A DNA stretch of 64,000 nt from Rebecca billardiae RCC1528 (lineage: Eukaryota; Protista; Haptophyta), in assembly GCA_965240325.2 (NCBI GenBank), contig OZ251224.1, positions 1,798,001 through 1,862,000 of the forward strand. Direction: 5' to 3'. This document shows, piece after piece, positions 62,867 to 64,000 of the stretch (its first letter is position 1; every line of letters begins with the position of its first letter). A program made the translations under genes and the position numbers. The notes under the pieces are model-generated. The model was not told the DNA's origin and ran no database searches. It was given only the letters and a program-made list of their open reading frames with translations.

Positions 62867-64000
62867 TCAGCTTGGCTTGGCGCTCTCATCACCGGTGGCA
62901 GCTGGAAGCAGCGAGGGCAGCGCAGCCGCCTGCTCGAAGCCGATGCGCAGCAGGAACGCCGAGTTGCGCCCATACGATTTGGCGCCGACGACGAAGAAGC
63001 GCGGCTCAGGCGTGAGCAGCGTGGCAGGCCCGGGCGCTGCCTGCTGCATGCAGTCCGACGCCGCACTGCTGTTCTCCCCGGCCGCCTTCGACTGCGCGGC
63101 CAGCAGTGCCGCGGCGAGCTTCATCGGCCCCTCAGACGCGTAGCAAGTGTGCACGTGCAGCTCGCGGTGCAGCGAGAGGTCAGGGTGGTACCCGACGAGC
63201 GACACGAGCGTGTCGACGTCAGCGGTGTTCGTGGCAGCCGGCTCGGCGCACTCGTACGTCACCTCGATGTGCTGTCGCCCCACGCCGAGCGCGGCGGTCG
63301 CGGCGCGCAGCGCTGGCCAGAGGCCGACGAGCGCGCGCAAGATCGGCCGGCCGAAGGGCACGGCTTGGAGTGCGAGGCGGAGCGTGGCGAGGGCGAAGGC
63401 CCCGAAGGCCCCGAGCGGGCTCGACGGCACCGAGGACGCGCGCACCGCAAGCCGGGTGATGGCGGCCGATGGCACGTGCTTGATGCCAAAGCCAGCGCCC
63501 GGAGTTGCACCCTCGTGTGCGCTGCTGCCGCAGAGCGCGTTGGCCCGGGCGCACAGCTCATCGCGCCGCGGGAGCGAGTCGTTCGGGACGCGCGCGAGCG
63601 GCTCGGGTCGCTCCGTGCGCGTGAGCCAGAGCACCGACGCTGGCTTCGCCCCCGCGCCCAGCGCCGCGAGCTCACCCAGCGCCAATGCAGCGGTCGCTGC
63701 CGAGTAGCCCGAGCCGACCAGGCAGATGCGCCGGCCGGCAAAGGCCGCGCGGTCGGCGCCGAGGACGTCCGGAATCGTGCGGAAGAGGCGGGGCGCGTGG
63801 GACTCGGCCTGCCGCGCATGAAGTGCGCGCTGCACCGCGCGCTCGCCGGGAACCGGCGTGCCCGTGGGCCCGAGCGCGTTCGCTGTGCGCGCGCCATAGG
63901 AGCCGCTCGCATCCACGACGACGCCAATCTCGACCAGCATCTCCTCCTCCTCCTCCTCCTCCGGCACCTTGTCGTCCTCGGCGTGGCGGGCAGCGCCAGG
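62867..64000 (-). CDS. FAD/NAD(P)-dependent oxidoreductase (flavoprotein monooxygenase-like, bacterial-type); 5' part lies outside the window
   Basis: VVDASGSYG...PVPGE, LVGSGYSAAT, CYASEGPMKLAAAL, PEPRFFVVGAKSYGRNSAFLLRIGFEQ. Confidence 0.85.
   Translation of the reverse strand, partial: PGAARHAEDDKVPEEEEEEEMLVEIGVVVDASGSYGARTANALGPTGTPVPGERAVQRALHARQAESHAPRLFRTIPDVLGADRAAFAGRRICLVGSGYSAATAALALGELAALGAGAKPASVLWLTRTERPEPLARVPNDSLPRRDELCARANALCGSSAHEGATPGAGFGIKHVPSAAITRLAVRASSVPSSPLGAFGAFALATLRLALQAVPFGRPILRALVGLWPALRAATAALGVGRQHIEVTYECAEPAATNTADVDTLVSLVGYHPDLSLHRELHVHTCYASEGPMKLAAALLAAQSKAAGENSSAASDCMQQAAPGPATLLTPEPRFFVVGAKSYGRNSAFLLRIGFEQAAALPSLLPAATGDESAKPS

Overview
Very GC-rich eukaryotic nuclear DNA, not prokaryotic. 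It has short GC-rich spliceosomal introns (GTGCGC...CAG), PHD/SET, TONSOKU-like, SAC3 and Nup43-like genes, and microsatellites. The style resembles a haptophyte such as Pavlovales/Diacronema, which is an inference only. Bases 1-10.1 kb are a nested repeat complex: a ~200-bp two-subunit tandem satellite reappears inverted at 9.2-10.1 kb (foldback-like), carries three TIR elements with identifiable target-site duplications, and encloses a ~350-bp-arm palindrome and a decayed gene. From 11 kb to 64 kb there are about 16 compact genes in clusters, separated by AT-richer spacers full of small dispersed repeats. Three copies of a Helitron2/Helentron-like element (asymmetric TIR plus 3' hairpin) lie at 28.1-33.4 kb, two in tandem and one carrying a captured gene fragment. 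The most notable points are an FHA-PNKP-aldo/keto-reductase fusion (candidate aldehyde-end-healing DNA repair enzyme), site-preferential transposon insertion into the satellite, an intact secreted-protein ORF between inverted repeats, and apparent decay of repeats by short insertions. All product calls are from motif recognition; no searches were run.
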